DNA from: an uncultured Chloroflexia bacterium
GTDB taxonomy: Bacteria > Chloroflexota > Dehalococcoidia > DSTF01 > JALHUB01
Direction of reading: 5' to 3'
Length of the DNA stretch: 64,000 nucleotides
Assembly (NCBI GenBank): GCA_963703345.1
Contig: OY969814.1
Span: forward strand, 32,001-96,000
Shown: positions 20,219 to 30,494 of the stretch, piece after piece
Layout of the letters: every line of letters starts with the position of its first letter
How positions within the stretch are numbered: position 1 is the stretch's first letter
The notes under the pieces: model-generated
Told to the model about the DNA's origin: nothing
Seen by the model: only the letters and a program-made list of their open reading frames with translations
Database searches by the model: none
Program-made: the position numbers and the translations under genes

Positions 20219-20247
20219 TTGCAATCGCATCCTCGCCGTGCTATATT
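20219..20247 (+). promoter_or_regulatory. Promoter of the nusA operon
   Basis: TTGCAA-17 nt-TATATT with TG extension. Confidence 0.65.
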
Positions 20248-20274
20248 TGAGGGCGAGTTAGGGAACTCTTCGGG

Positions 20275-20296
20275 AGTGGGTTCAGCCCACTTTTTT
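20275..20296 (+). terminator. Leader attenuator hairpin upstream of nusA (rimP-leader-like)
   Basis: AGTGGGT-TCA-GCCCACT followed by a T-tract, between the promoter and the nusA ATG. Confidence 0.7.
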
Positions 20297-20337
20297 GTTG
20301 GCCGGACATTAGTTCGGCTAAGGGGTTGTAAGGAAGA

Positions 20338-21828
20338 ATGAAAAGCGATTTTCTTATGGCGATAACGCAGCTCGCCGCCGAAAAGAACCTGCCGAAAGAG
20401 ATGGTTCTGGAAGCGGTGGAGGCTGCCCTTGCTTCCGCCTATAAGAAAGACACCCTCGCCACCAGCAACGTCGTCGTCCGCATCGACCGCGAGACCGGCG
20501 TGGTGCGTGTCTACACGCGCAAGACGGTCGTCGAAGAGGTCGCCGACGCGCGCATCGAGATGACGCCGCAGGAGGCGCGCAGCCTCAAGCCGGACGCCGT
20601 TCTCGGCGACACGGTGGACATCGAGACCGCCGCCCACGACGGCGGACGCATCGCGGCGCAAACGGCGAAGCAAGTCGTTCTCCAGCGACTGCGCGAGGCT
20701 GAGCGCGAGGTCGTCTATGAAGAGTACTCGGGCAAAGAGGGCGACATCGTCTCCGGCATGGTGCAGCGCTTCGAGGGCAAGAACGTCATCATCGACCTGG
20801 GCAAAGCGGAGGCTGTGCTGCCGCCGTCGGAGCAGGTAAAAACGGAGCACTACCGGCCGGGCCAGCGCCTGAAGCTGTACCTGCTGGAGGTCATCAAGTC
20901 CGCCAAGGGACCGCAGGTGACGCTCTCGCGCACTCATAGAAATCTGCTCCGTCGCCTTTTCGAGCTGGAGGTGCCGGAGATATTCAAGGGCACCGTCGAA
21001 CTGCGGTCCATCGCCCGCGAACCGGGCCATCGCAGCAAGGTCGCGGTCTATTCATCGCAGGAAGGCATCGACCCGGTCGGCGCCTGCGTGGGGCTGCGCG
21101 GCATCCGCATTCAAAACATCGTCAACGAGCTCGGCGGCGAGCGCATCGACGTCGTCCAGTGGGACTCCGACGCCGGACGTTTCGTCGCCAACGCTCTCAG
21201 CCCGGCGCAAGTGCTCGGCGTCAGCGTCGACGCGGGGGAGAACACGGCCTCCGTCGTCGTCCCAGACCGCCAACTCTCCCTGGCCATCGGCAAGGAAGGG
21301 CAGAACGCCCGCCTGGCCGCCAAGCTCACCGGCTGGCGCATCGACATCCGCAGCGAAACGATTGCTCAGCAGGAGCGGGCCGCCGGCGTCGTGGCGGAAG
21401 CGGAGAAAGTCATCGAAGAGAAGCCCGCGCCGAAGGCCGCGTCCAAGTCCAGGGCAAAGGCCAAGGCCCCGCCGGAGGCCGTCGTGGAGAAAGAGACGGT
21501 CTTGCCGCCGGAGGAAGAGGCTGCGCTCGCCTTCGTCGAGGAGGAAGAAGAGGCGCCAGCAGAAGAGGTGACAGCTCAGGCGCCGGAGCCGGCCGTGGCA
21601 ACCGCGCCCGTTGCAGGTGAGCCGCGAAAGCCCAGCATTCGCTTCGCCGAGGAGATACTACCGTCCGCCGTCGTGGAGACGCCGGTCAAGGGCAAGAAGG
21701 CCAAGGCCGGCAAGGGAGCCCGCGTCGCCAAGGAAGAGGTCGATCTGGAGGCGCCGGCGAAGGCCAAGAAGGGAAAGAAGGCGCGACGCCCCGTCATCGA
21801 GGAAGAGGAAGAAGACCTCGATTACTAA
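20338..21828 (+). CDS. nusA: Transcription termination factor NusA with charged C-terminal tail
   Basis: [11 protein letters not shown]1 domain, [36 protein letters not shown]. Confidence 0.97.
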   Translation: MKSDFLMAITQLAAEKNLPKEMVLEAVEAALASAYKKDTLATSNVVVRIDRETGVVRVYTRKTVVEEVADARIEMTPQEARSLKPDAVLGDTVDIETAAHDGGRIAAQTAKQVVLQRLREAEREVVYEEYSGKEGDIVSGMVQRFEGKNVIIDLGKAEAVLPPSEQVKTEHYRPGQRLKLYLLEVIKSAKGPQVTLSRTHRNLLRRLFELEVPEIFKGTVELRSIAREPGHRSKVAVYSSQEGIDPVGACVGLRGIRIQNIVNELGGERIDVVQWDSDAGRFVANALSPAQVLGVSVDAGENTASVVVPDRQLSLAIGKEGQNARLAAKLTGWRIDIRSETIAQQERAAGVVAEAEKVIEEKPAPKAASKSRAKAKAPPEAVVEKETVLPPEEEAALAFVEEEEEAPAEEVTAQAPEPAVATAPVAGEPRKPSIRFAEEILPSAVVETPVKGKKAKAGKGARVAKEEVDLEAPAKAKKGKKARRPVIEEEEEDLDY

Positions 21829-21848
21829 TGCAGGGCGCGCGGGACATT

Positions 21849-22142
21849 ATGGCCGAAAGCGTTCAGATCAGGCCCAAGCACGTGCCCCTGCGCACCTGCG
21901 TCGCCTGCAGGACGACGGGCGCCAAGCGTGGCCTCATACGGATCGTGAGGACGCCGGAAGGCGGCGTCGAAGTGGACGCGACAGGCAAGGCCGCTGGACG
22001 CGGCGCCTACCTTTGCCGGCGACGCCACTGCTGGCAGGAGGCGCTGAAGCGAGAGGGCCTCGCGCGCGCCCTTCGCGTCAAGCTGGGCGATATCGATAGA
22101 GATAAGCTCCAGGCTTTCGCCGAAGAGTTGACGGAGGACTAG
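21849..22142 (+). CDS. ylxR: YlxR family protein
   Basis: PLRTCVACR, LIRIVRTP, GRGAYLC; position between nusA and infB. Confidence 0.9.
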   Translation: MAESVQIRPKHVPLRTCVACRTTGAKRGLIRIVRTPEGGVEVDATGKAAGRGAYLCRRRHCWQEALKREGLARALRVKLGDIDRDKLQAFAEELTED

Positions 22143-22146
22143 TAAC

Positions 22147-24027
22147 ATCGTTAGACCAAGACAGCAAAGGCGACCCGCACGGCCGCGAAGGCCGCAAAAC
22201 CGCGACGCCAGCAGCGCCAGAGCAGCGCCTGCGCCGCGGGTCGTTGCCGCGCCAGAAAGCGGCCAGACAGTCAAAATACCAACGACCCTCACGGTCAAGG
22301 AGCTCAGCGAACTGCTGGGGCTGTCGCCGGTTGAGGTCATCAAGGAGCTCATTAAGAGCGGCGTGATGGCCAGCATCAACCAGGTGATCGACTACGACAC
22401 CGCGGCCATCGTTGCGCACGATCTCGACTACGAGCCGGAGCCAGTCGTCACCGCGTCCGTCGCGGCGGTTGCGCCGCAGATCGTGGAGGGCGCCGCGCCG
22501 GCGGAAGAAGAGGCGGAGGAAAATCTTCAGCCCCGACCGCCGGTCGTCACCTTCATGGGCCACGTCGACCACGGCAAGACCAGCCTGCTCGACGTCATTC
22601 GCGAAAGCGACGTTGCGGGCGGCGAGGCCGGCGGCATGACTCAGCACATCGGCGCCTACCAGGTGAAGGTGAACGAGCAGCGCATAACGTTCCTCGACAC
22701 GCCGGGCCACGAAGCGTTCACCGCCATGCGGGCGCGCGGCGGCAAAGTCGCCGACATCGCCGTCCTCGTCGTGGCGGCCGACGACGGCGTCATGCCTCAG
22801 ACCATCGAAGCGATCGACCACGCCAGGGCGGCCGGGGTCCCCATCGTGGTCGCCCTGAACAAGATCGATGTCGCGCAGGCCAACCAGGACCGCGTCAAGC
22901 AACAGCTCGCGGAGCACACCCTCGTTCTGGAAGAGTGGGGCGGCGACGTCATCTGCGTTCCCGTCTCAGCGAAGACGAAGGAGGGCATCGACAACCTCCT
23001 CGCCAACATCCTCGTCGTAGCCGAGGTCGCGGACCTGAAGGCGAACCCCGACCGAGCGGCGCGCGGCGTCGTCGTCGAAGCGGGAATGGACACGACCCGC
23101 GGCCCGATGGCGACGGTGTTGGTGCAGAAAGGCACGCTTCACCAGGGCGACATGGCGGTCGTCGGCGAGACGCTTGGCAGGGTGAAGGCCATGTTCAACG
23201 AACACGGGCGTCGCATCAAGTCGGCAGGACCGTCATCTCCCGCCAAAGTCCTCGGCCTCAGTGCCGTTCCCGGCGCCGGCGAGCCATTAGTCGTCGTGCC
23301 TGACGAGAAGACCGCGCGGACTATCGTGACGGAGAGGCAACGACGGCGAGAGGCCGCAGCTTTCCGCGAGCGCCACACCCTCAGCCTCGATACCCTTTTC
23401 GGCGAGATCAGCGCCGGCAAGGTGAAAGAGCTGAACATCATCCTCAAGACGGACGTGCAGGGCAGCGTGGAACCGATCCGGACGTCGCTGGAGCGCCTGA
23501 GCACCGAAGAGGTACACGTCAAGGTAATCCACTCCGGCTCCGGCAGCATCACCGAGTCGGACATTATGCTGGCGCTGGCCTCGAAGGGGATCATCATCGG
23601 CTTCAACACGCGGCCGGAGCCCGGCGCTCTTCGCCAGGCCGAAATCGAGGGCGTCGAGATCAACCATTACAACGTCATCTACGAGGTCGTGGACGACGTG
23701 GAGAAGGCGCTCAAGGGGATGCATGAGCCCGTCTTCAAAGACGTGATCGACGGCCACATCGAGGTCCGACAGGTCTTCAAGGTTAGCCGCCAGGGCAACA
23801 TAGCCGGTTGTTTCGTCCGCGACGGCACGGTGACCCGCAACTCGCTCGTCAGGGTCACCCGCGGCGACGAAGTCATCGCGGAAACCACTATCTCCAGCCT
23901 GCGACGCTTCAAGGACGATGTCCGCGAGGTGCAGGCCGGATATGAGTGCGGCATCACGCTCGCCGGCTTCGATGCCTTCCAGGAAGGCGACGTTCTGGAG
24001 TTCTACCACCGCGAGCGCGCCAACTAG
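22147..24027 (+). CDS. infB: Translation initiation factor IF-2; probable ATC start
   Basis: IF2_N ([14 protein letters not shown]...VMASINQ) begins upstream of the first GTG; [21 protein letters not shown]. In-frame TGA at 22129; GGAGG 9 nt before ATC. Confidence 0.93.
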   Translation: MVRPRQQRRPARPRRPQNRDASSARAAPAPRVVAAPESGQTVKIPTTLTVKELSELLGLSPVEVIKELIKSGVMASINQVIDYDTAAIVAHDLDYEPEPVVTASVAAVAPQIVEGAAPAEEEAEENLQPRPPVVTFMGHVDHGKTSLLDVIRESDVAGGEAGGMTQHIGAYQVKVNEQRITFLDTPGHEAFTAMRARGGKVADIAVLVVAADDGVMPQTIEAIDHARAAGVPIVVALNKIDVAQANQDRVKQQLAEHTLVLEEWGGDVICVPVSAKTKEGIDNLLANILVVAEVADLKANPDRAARGVVVEAGMDTTRGPMATVLVQKGTLHQGDMAVVGETLGRVKAMFNEHGRRIKSAGPSSPAKVLGLSAVPGAGEPLVVVPDEKTARTIVTERQRRREAAAFRERHTLSLDTLFGEISAGKVKELNIILKTDVQGSVEPIRTSLERLSTEEVHVKVIHSGSGSITESDIMLALASKGIIIGFNTRPEPGALRQAEIEGVEINHYNVIYEVVDDVEKALKGMHEPVFKDVIDGHIEVRQVFKVSRQGNIAGCFVRDGTVTRNSLVRVTRGDEVIAETTISSLRRFKDDVREVQAGYECGITLAGFDAFQEGDVLEFYHRERAN

Positions 24028-24081
24028 CGGCCTCGTTGCCGGGCAGATCCCGCCATAAGCCTTTCCCTCGGAGAACGCCCG

Positions 24082-24444
24082 ATGACCAGCAGACGTATCG
24101 CCCGCCTCAACGATGCCTTCCGCGAAGAGATCAGCGATCTCCTGCTACGCCAGGTGAAGGACCCGCGGCTCACCGGCTTCATAACAATCACCCGCGTCGA
24201 GATCTCCGGCGACCTCAGCCACGCCAAAGTCTTCGTGAGCGTGATGGGCAGTGAGGAGGATAAGGATGAGGCGCTGCGCGGCCTGGTAGCCGCCTCGTCG
24301 TTCCTGCGGCGCGAGATCGGCCACCGCCTTTCCCTGCGGCGCGCGCCCGAGCTCAGCTTTCGCCGCGATGAGTCGATGGAGCAGGGCGCCCACGTGCTGG
24401 ACCTGCTGGACGAGGTCGCGGACCAGGAGAAACCCTCTTCTTGA
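24082..24444 (+). CDS. rbfA: Ribosome-binding factor A
   Basis: KDPRL, ITRVEISGDLSHAKVFVS, PELSF..D. Confidence 0.95.
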   Translation: MTSRRIARLNDAFREEISDLLLRQVKDPRLTGFITITRVEISGDLSHAKVFVSVMGSEEDKDEALRGLVAASSFLRREIGHRLSLRRAPELSFRRDESMEQGAHVLDLLDEVADQEKPSS

Positions 24445-25361
24445 CCTTGGACGGCTTTCTGAATATCAACAAGTCCCCCGGCTGGACCTCCTTCGACATC
24501 GTCGCCTTCGTGCGGCGGGAGAGCGGCGTCCGTCGCGTTGGCCACGGCGGCACGCTCGACCCCTCGGCTGAAGGCGTGCTCGTGGTCGCGCTCGGGCAGG
24601 CGACCCGCTTCCTCGAATACCTTCTCGATGCGCGGAAGCGCTATCGGGCGCAGGTGCGCCTTGGCGCGGTCACCGACACATACGACGGCGAAGGGACGGT
24701 CGTTCGCACCGCTGATCCGTCCTCAGTCACGAGGGAGATGGTCGACAGCGCTCTCCCGGCGTTCCGGGGCGCCATCAGCCAGACGCCGCCGATGTTCAGC
24801 GCCCTCAAGCGCGACGGCGTCCCGCTCTACAAGCACGCGCGCGCCCAGCGAGAGGTGGAGCGGGAGGCGCGGACGGTCCAGGTCTACCGGCTGGAGCTCG
24901 TCGACTTCGCGCCGCCGTCGTTCACCGTCGAAATCGAGTGCGGGCGCGGCTTCTACGTCCGCAGCCTTGCCCACGACCTGGGCGAGCGGCTCGGTTGCGG
25001 CGCCCACCTGGAGAGGCTCACCAGAACGGCGGTCGGTCTCTTTGACCGCGAGTCGTCGGTGGGAACGGAGGCGCTGCGCGAAGCCTTTCGCGACGGCTCC
25101 TGGCAGCGGCTGCTCCTGCCGCTCGACAGCGTCCTCCTTCACTGCTACGCCGCAATCCTGGGCGAACGGAACGAAAGCGAGCTGCGTTTCGGCCGCGCCC
25201 TCAGCCTGACGCCGGCGGATGAAGGGCGAATTCGCTCCCTGCCGGCCGCCGCTCCCTGCCGCGCCTACAGCATCGATGGACGGCTCCTCGGCCTCCTGAC
25301 CTACGGCGAAGACGCGATCTGGCAACCGAAAAAGGTCCTTTCGACGCCGCAAGAGGCTTGA
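24441..25361 (+). CDS. truB: tRNA pseudouridine(55) synthase
   Basis: GHGGTLDP, TDTYDGEG, PPMFSALK, YVRSLAHDLG. Confidence 0.95.
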   Translation: MTLDGFLNINKSPGWTSFDIVAFVRRESGVRRVGHGGTLDPSAEGVLVVALGQATRFLEYLLDARKRYRAQVRLGAVTDTYDGEGTVVRTADPSSVTREMVDSALPAFRGAISQTPPMFSALKRDGVPLYKHARAQREVEREARTVQVYRLELVDFAPPSFTVEIECGRGFYVRSLAHDLGERLGCGAHLERLTRTAVGLFDRESSVGTEALREAFRDGSWQRLLLPLDSVLLHCYAAILGERNESELRFGRALSLTPADEGRIRSLPAAAPCRAYSIDGRLLGLLTYGEDAIWQPKKVLSTPQEA

Positions 25362-25396
25362 AACGGCCGTTTTCGGCCAAATCTACGCCGAATCTC

Positions 25397-25424
25397 TTGA
25401 CATGGAGCCCGAAATGATTATGAT
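25397..25424 (+). promoter_or_regulatory. Sigma70 promoter for the small Zn-finger gene
   Basis: TTGACA-16 nt-TATGAT. Confidence 0.65.
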
Positions 25425-25545
25425 TCAATGCAACGTATGGAAGCGCCGTCGCCTAACCGGCGGCGACATCGGCGTGGAGGGCGCGTAGAGGCGTGCCCCA
25501 CGACTTGTCCGATGAAGGAGCTCTAAGGAAAGGGGTGAAATCAAA

Positions 25546-25686
25546 ATGCAGGCTTACTGCCTAAAGTGCCGAACCGCCAGGGAGATGAAGAACGCCGAAA
25601 AGGTGACGATGAAGAACGGCAAGCCCGCCACCAAGGGCGTTTGCCCGGTCTGCGGCACCAAGATGTACAAGATCGGGAAGGCCTAG
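25546..25686 (+). CDS. 46-aa basic zinc-ribbon protein (DUF5679-like)
   Basis: MQAYCLKCRTAREMKNAEKVTMKNGKPATKGVCPVCGTKMYKIGKA; two CxxC motifs; SD AGGGGTGA. Below the ORF-track length cutoff. Confidence 0.85.
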   Translation: MQAYCLKCRTAREMKNAEKVTMKNGKPATKGVCPVCGTKMYKIGKA

Positions 25687-25940
25687 CCGGACCGACGCGT
25701 CCCCACGCAAGCCTGACAATCCGGCATCTCATTTGAGTTAGAAGGATGGCGGCTTTTGCTGTCATCTTTCTTTTCTTCGGAGAACTGGTTTGCCTTTGAT
25801 TTGACCCAGCCGATATTTGGCGCTTCGAAAAGTGTTGACAAACGGACTGTAATGGACGAGTATGTGTGTGCCGGCCGGTAGGAGCCAAGGTCACTTGGCC
25901 ACCGCCGGGCTTCCGGCGCGCAATCATTGATGACCTCTCC

Positions 25941-26846
25941 TCACCGAGAGGTCATCTTCTTCGCCTCTAGCTTGAGGAGCCAATCGAAACAATGCGGGTC
26001 AAGATGGCAAAGAGCCTTTAGGTGATAGAAGAGAAGTGATCGTGCGTCGTCCCTCGTAGCCTGAGCGTTCTTGCGATTCTGATCGAAGACCCACCTATGC
26101 GCCAGGCTATTCCGGCATTGCCTCGATTTCCGCTTCCATTCGCTCCAGAATGGGGCGTCGTTGAGGCAGGGCAAGCCTAACGGGTGGGCAAAGCCATGTT
26201 CGAGACGGTTCTCGAGGGGCATGCGGACGTGTATCAACTGAACCACGTTTTCTGGCATTCCTCGGCTCGTCAGAATGGGATCGGCAATCGAACTGTAGAA
26301 CGTTTCGAATGCAACGTTGCCGAGTAGCGCCGCCACGTTGTACCGGCCTTCTTCGAAGGCGGCGAATGCTTCTGCCAGCACCTGCCTCCAGCCCGGGAGT
26401 TTGCCAAGATCGGCTGCTCCCACCACTTGGAATTGCAGAGAACCAGTCGAAGGCGGCTGGCCTGCAAAGGGTGGGCGGAACGCGAACACCCGATCGTCGT
26501 GCGCGAAAACTTGAAACAATGTCCCGCGTCCCTTGCTCCAGTGCGATGGCTCACGCCATGACACTTTCGAAGCGTGGAGGTGTTTCGGAAGCTGACGTGT
26601 AGCACCACCCACTTTGATGAGATCGCCTATGGGGATTTCCCCGTCAAAAGCAACGTCAGCGGACATCAAGGCACTTCCGAATGGACTTCGCTCTATTACC
26701 CAGTGGAGGAAACCATCTTCTCTTCTGAACCGGTGCCCATTCGCACATTCAACCGGGTGCTTTGCCTTGAGTTTCGTCCTATCGTCAGGGGAGAGATCTC
26801 GCGTTGTGCCGCAGGTGGGGCAGGACAAACCTAGCCAAACAGTCAT
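25941..26846 (-). CDS. Zn-ribbon + HEPN-like protein
   Basis: N-terminal CPTC...CANGH; C-terminal helical region AFEEGRYNVAALLGNVAFE ... RNSLAH (Rx4H); lower GC. Confidence 0.6.
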   Translation of the reverse strand: MTVWLGLSCPTCGTTRDLSPDDRTKLKAKHPVECANGHRFRREDGFLHWVIERSPFGSALMSADVAFDGEIPIGDLIKVGGATRQLPKHLHASKVSWREPSHWSKGRGTLFQVFAHDDRVFAFRPPFAGQPPSTGSLQFQVVGAADLGKLPGWRQVLAEAFAAFEEGRYNVAALLGNVAFETFYSSIADPILTSRGMPENVVQLIHVRMPLENRLEHGFAHPLGLPCLNDAPFWSEWKRKSRQCRNSLAHRWVFDQNRKNAQATRDDARSLLFYHLKALCHLDPHCFDWLLKLEAKKMTSR

Positions 26847-26872
26847 GGTCCTTGTTTCCTAGCCCGGTCCTG

Positions 26873-28555
26873 CTACATCTGCTCCGGCGCGCTTATCGCC
26901 ATCAGCGAGAGCGTCCGGGCCAGCGTCACCTTCGCAGCCTCCACCAGCTTCAGGCGCGCCTTCGTCAGCGGAACGTCGTCGGTCACGACGCGGCATTTCT
27001 CGTAGAAGTCGTGGAAGACGGTGGCCAGCTCCAGCGCGTAGTGCGTCAAGTGATGCGGCTCCCGCGTGCGCGCCATCAGCTCTACGAGCTCCGGCAGGCG
27101 GAGCATCTTGCGAATCAGCGCCAGCTCCGCCGGATGCGTTAGACGCGCCACATCGCCGTCGGCGTGGTCGACGCCGCGCTCGCGCCCGAGGTTGAGGATG
27201 CCGCAGATGCGGGCGTGAGCGTACTGGACGTAGTAGACGGGGTTCTCGGTGCTCTGCCGCTTGGCCAGATCGAGGTCGAAGTCGACGGTGGCGTCGGCGG
27301 AGCGCGTGAGGAAGAAGAAACGGCAGGCGTCGGCGCCCACCTCGTCCAGCACCTCGCGCAAAGTAATGATGTCGCCGGCGCGCTTTGAGATGCGGACGAC
27401 TTCGCCGCCGCGCCTGAGCGTGACGAGTTGCCCGATGATAACGTCCAGCCGCGCCGGGTCGACGCCCATGGCGGAAAGCGCCGCCTTCAGCCGCGAAACG
27501 TGACCCTGGTGGTCGGCGCCCCAGATGTTGACCACCTGGTCGAAGCCGCGAACCAGGAACTTATCGTAGTGGTAGGCGATGTCAGAGGCGAAGTAGGTGG
27601 GATTGCCGGTGGAGCGGACGAGAACGTTGTCCTTGTCCTCGCCGAGAGCGCTGCTGGTGAACCAGACCGCCCCCTCCTTCTGCGTGACGTAGCCCTTCTC
27701 CCGCAGGAGGGCCATCGCCTTCTCGTAGCGACTGTCCGGGCCGTAGAGGGTCGATTCGCGGAACCAGGCATCGTAGCGGACGCGCATGGCGGCCAGGTCG
27801 GCGGCGATGGCGTCGAGCATCTTGTTGAGGCCGATAGTGCGGAACTCCGGCGGCGGGTCCGGCCCGAACTCCCGCGGCCCGAGAAAGCGGTCGCCGTGCT
27901 CCTTGCGGATCTCCTCCGCCAGCTCGACTACGTATTCACCGGGATAGCCGTCGGGCGGTATTTCCGCGGGGACGCCGAATAGCTGCTGATAGCGGGCGTA
28001 CAGCGTGCGGGCGAAGATCTCCACCTGCGTCAGCATGTCGTTGACAAAGTACTCCTGCAACACGTCGTAGCCGGCGGCCGAGAGGATGTTGGCCAGCGTG
28101 CTGCCGATTGCCGCCCAGCGTCCGTTGCCGACGTGCAGCGGCCCCGTGGGATTAGCGCTGACGTATTCGACCTGGACTCTTCGCCCTTCGCCCAGGGGCA
28201 GCGAGCCGAAGCTGCCGCCGGCGGCGCGTATCTCGTCGACCTGGCGGGCCAGCCAGCCTTCGCTGAGACGGAAGTTGATGAATCCCGGCGGCGCGACGCT
28301 GACGTCGCCGATGGCCTCATGCGGCCTTATGTGGCGGGCGATCTCCGTGGCGAGTTCCAGCGGCTTGGCGCCGGCGGCCCGCGCCAGGCGAAGCGCGATA
28401 CTGGAAGCGTAGTCACCGTGGTCCGGACGCTGCGGGCGCTCTAGCTCCACCTCCGGCAGCGCCACCGACGGTAGCTTGCCCTCTTCCCGCGCCGCATGCG
28501 CCGCTTCCGAGACCAGCCTTTCGATTTCCTGTCGAATCATGGCCTGCTCAGGCAT
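26873..28555 (-). CDS. argS: Arginine--tRNA ligase
   Basis: HGDYA, PGFINF, EYVSANPTGPLHVGN, WGADH, YYVQYAHAR. Confidence 0.97.
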   Translation of the reverse strand: MPEQAMIRQEIERLVSEAAHAAREEGKLPSVALPEVELERPQRPDHGDYASSIALRLARAAGAKPLELATEIARHIRPHEAIGDVSVAPPGFINFRLSEGWLARQVDEIRAAGGSFGSLPLGEGRRVQVEYVSANPTGPLHVGNGRWAAIGSTLANILSAAGYDVLQEYFVNDMLTQVEIFARTLYARYQQLFGVPAEIPPDGYPGEYVVELAEEIRKEHGDRFLGPREFGPDPPPEFRTIGLNKMLDAIAADLAAMRVRYDAWFRESTLYGPDSRYEKAMALLREKGYVTQKEGAVWFTSSALGEDKDNVLVRSTGNPTYFASDIAYHYDKFLVRGFDQVVNIWGADHQGHVSRLKAALSAMGVDPARLDVIIGQLVTLRRGGEVVRISKRAGDIITLREVLDEVGADACRFFFLTRSADATVDFDLDLAKRQSTENPVYYVQYAHARICGILNLGRERGVDHADGDVARLTHPAELALIRKMLRLPELVELMARTREPHHLTHYALELATVFHDFYEKCRVVTDDVPLTKARLKLVEAAKVTLARTLSLMAISAPEQM

Positions 28556-28643
28556 CGGCTCCCCTCTCTCAAGTCGAGTCGCGCCTGCCTACCGGCTGGG
28601 CCCTCTCGACGGCAGGCACGCGCGAACGAACAACAGTGAGGTA

Positions 28644-29567
28644 TTATACTCTGCCGCGCTCGGACTGGCTAACCACCTCGATCGATTCGTCCTGCGTGCG
28701 CGGCTCCCAGAGCGACTCCAGGACGATCCACTGCCCCGGGTCCTGCCGCACGTACTTCTCGATAGCGGCGACGATCTTGAGCGTGTTAGCGCGGACGTCC
28801 TCTTCGTGCTTGCCCGTGGCCACCATCTCCAGCGGCGGCTCGGCGAACACGTCGAAGCAGCCACCTTTCGTCCGGCGACAGAACATCGGTATCACAACGG
28901 CGCCGGTTCGCAGCGCCAGCTCCGCCGCGCCGGTGGGCACGCGCGTCTCTTCGCCGAAGAATGGGAGCATGATGCCGGAGTTCTGGATATCGCGGTCGCA
29001 CAGCAGCGGCAGAACCCCGCCGTCGCGCAACCAGCGGATCGCTTCCCGCACCGCTGACAGGCTCATGGGGCGGTAGACCTGTCCGTGGGCCGCGCGCAGC
29101 CTATGCACCAGGTCGGAAAGGCGCTGCGGCTGCAGCGGCTCCGTAAGGGAGAACGTTGGGATGCCCATCGCGACGGCGCACTGAAGAACGATCTCAGGGT
29201 TCGCGTAATGAGCGCTGACTACGATGACGCCGCGTCCGGTCGCGATCGCCTCCTTCAGCTCATCGAGGGCGGAGACCACACTTATGCGCTCCCGGAAGAA
29301 ACGGCTGATGTCGATGCGCGGGCCGCGGACGAGGTCGGCGTAGTAGCGGGCGGCGTTGCGCATGACGCGTCGCGCGGCGGCCCTCACGTCGCCGGCGGGG
29401 GCATCGGCGCCCATGACGTGGCGCATGTTCCTCTGGACGTTTCGTCGCAGGCCCGGGCGGAGGTAGTACATAGCGGTGCCGACGCAATCGGCGATGAAAT
29501 AGGCGGCGGGCGTGGGCAGCCAGCTCAGGAACCAATACGAGAAGAGCAGGGCGACGTACTTGAACAT
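28644..29567 (-). CDS. Lysophospholipid acyltransferase family (PatA/LpxL-like)
   Basis: SAHYANPE, LLCDRD, PFFG...PTGAAELA, PGQW. Confidence 0.85.
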   Translation of the reverse strand: MFKYVALLFSYWFLSWLPTPAAYFIADCVGTAMYYLRPGLRRNVQRNMRHVMGADAPAGDVRAAARRVMRNAARYYADLVRGPRIDISRFFRERISVVSALDELKEAIATGRGVIVVSAHYANPEIVLQCAVAMGIPTFSLTEPLQPQRLSDLVHRLRAAHGQVYRPMSLSAVREAIRWLRDGGVLPLLCDRDIQNSGIMLPFFGEETRVPTGAAELALRTGAVVIPMFCRRTKGGCFDVFAEPPLEMVATGKHEEDVRANTLKIVAAIEKYVRQDPGQWIVLESLWEPRTQDESIEVVSQSERGRV

Positions 29568-29582
29568 CGGCCTCTCGCCTGC

Positions 29583-30494
29583 TCAGGGCCCGGAGGCCAG
29601 CGCCGTCTCGGTGTGCGCCGCCTTGGAGTTACGGTCCCACATGTCGTGGAAGATGAACCACTGGTTGGGGTCCAGGCGAATGAGCCGCTCCAGGGAGGTC
29701 ATGATGGCCTGCGTCAGGCGGCGGACGTCTTCTTCTTCGTCGCCCGACTTCTCGAAATTGAGGTCGAAGTCGATGATGGGGCGAATCAGCTTCTCTTCTC
29801 CCTTGACGCGCAGCATGATGCCCGGCATGGGGCGGGCGCCGCTCCTCAGGGCGAGGCGCGCCGGACCGACGGGGACTTCCGTCGGCGCGCCGAAGAAGTT
29901 GACCCGAACGGTGCCGCCGGGCTCCGGCACGTCGATGAGCAGCGCCAGGATTTCGCCGCGCCGCAACGCCCTGATTATGCTCGGCCCGACTTTCTCCATC
30001 GGCGTCACCTTCATCCCGAGATGACGGCGGGAGCTCTGCACGAGTGTGTTCATCGCCGGATGGGGGAAGGTCTCAGCGATGACGTTGACGGGGAAGCCGT
30101 AAGCCGAGAGGCCGGCCGCGCCCATGTCCCAGTTGCCGTAGTGCAGGGTGATGAAGATCACGCCTTTCTTCTCAGCCATGACGGCGTTGATGCGGTCCAG
30201 CTCCTCGTCGAAGACGATGCGGCGGCGAACCTCCTCCGGCGTTGAATCAAGGAAGTGGATGAAGTCGATGACGTACTTGCCGAAGTTGCGGAAGGAGCTG
30301 CGGGCGGCCAGGCTTATCGCGTTCTCGTCGTCGGTATCCAGAACGCGGGCCATGGCTGCCTTGAGGGCACGGCGCTTGCCGAAGAAGAAGACGTAGCACA
30401 CATCGGCGATGACGCGGGCGAAGAAGTATCCGACTTCAGGCGGGAGGGGACGCCCCAGCAGGATGATGAGGCGAAACAGCCAGTAAACGATCAT
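29583..30494 (-). CDS. Lysophospholipid acyltransferase family (PatA/LpxL-like), second paralog
   Basis: [16 protein letters not shown]...[12 protein letters not shown]; ATGA overlap with the ino1 stop. Confidence 0.85.
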   Translation of the reverse strand: MIVYWLFRLIILLGRPLPPEVGYFFARVIADVCYVFFFGKRRALKAAMARVLDTDDENAISLAARSSFRNFGKYVIDFIHFLDSTPEEVRRRIVFDEELDRINAVMAEKKGVIFITLHYGNWDMGAAGLSAYGFPVNVIAETFPHPAMNTLVQSSRRHLGMKVTPMEKVGPSIIRALRRGEILALLIDVPEPGGTVRVNFFGAPTEVPVGPARLALRSGARPMPGIMLRVKGEEKLIRPIIDFDLNFEKSGDEEEDVRRLTQAIMTSLERLIRLDPNQWFIFHDMWDRNSKAAHTETALASGP

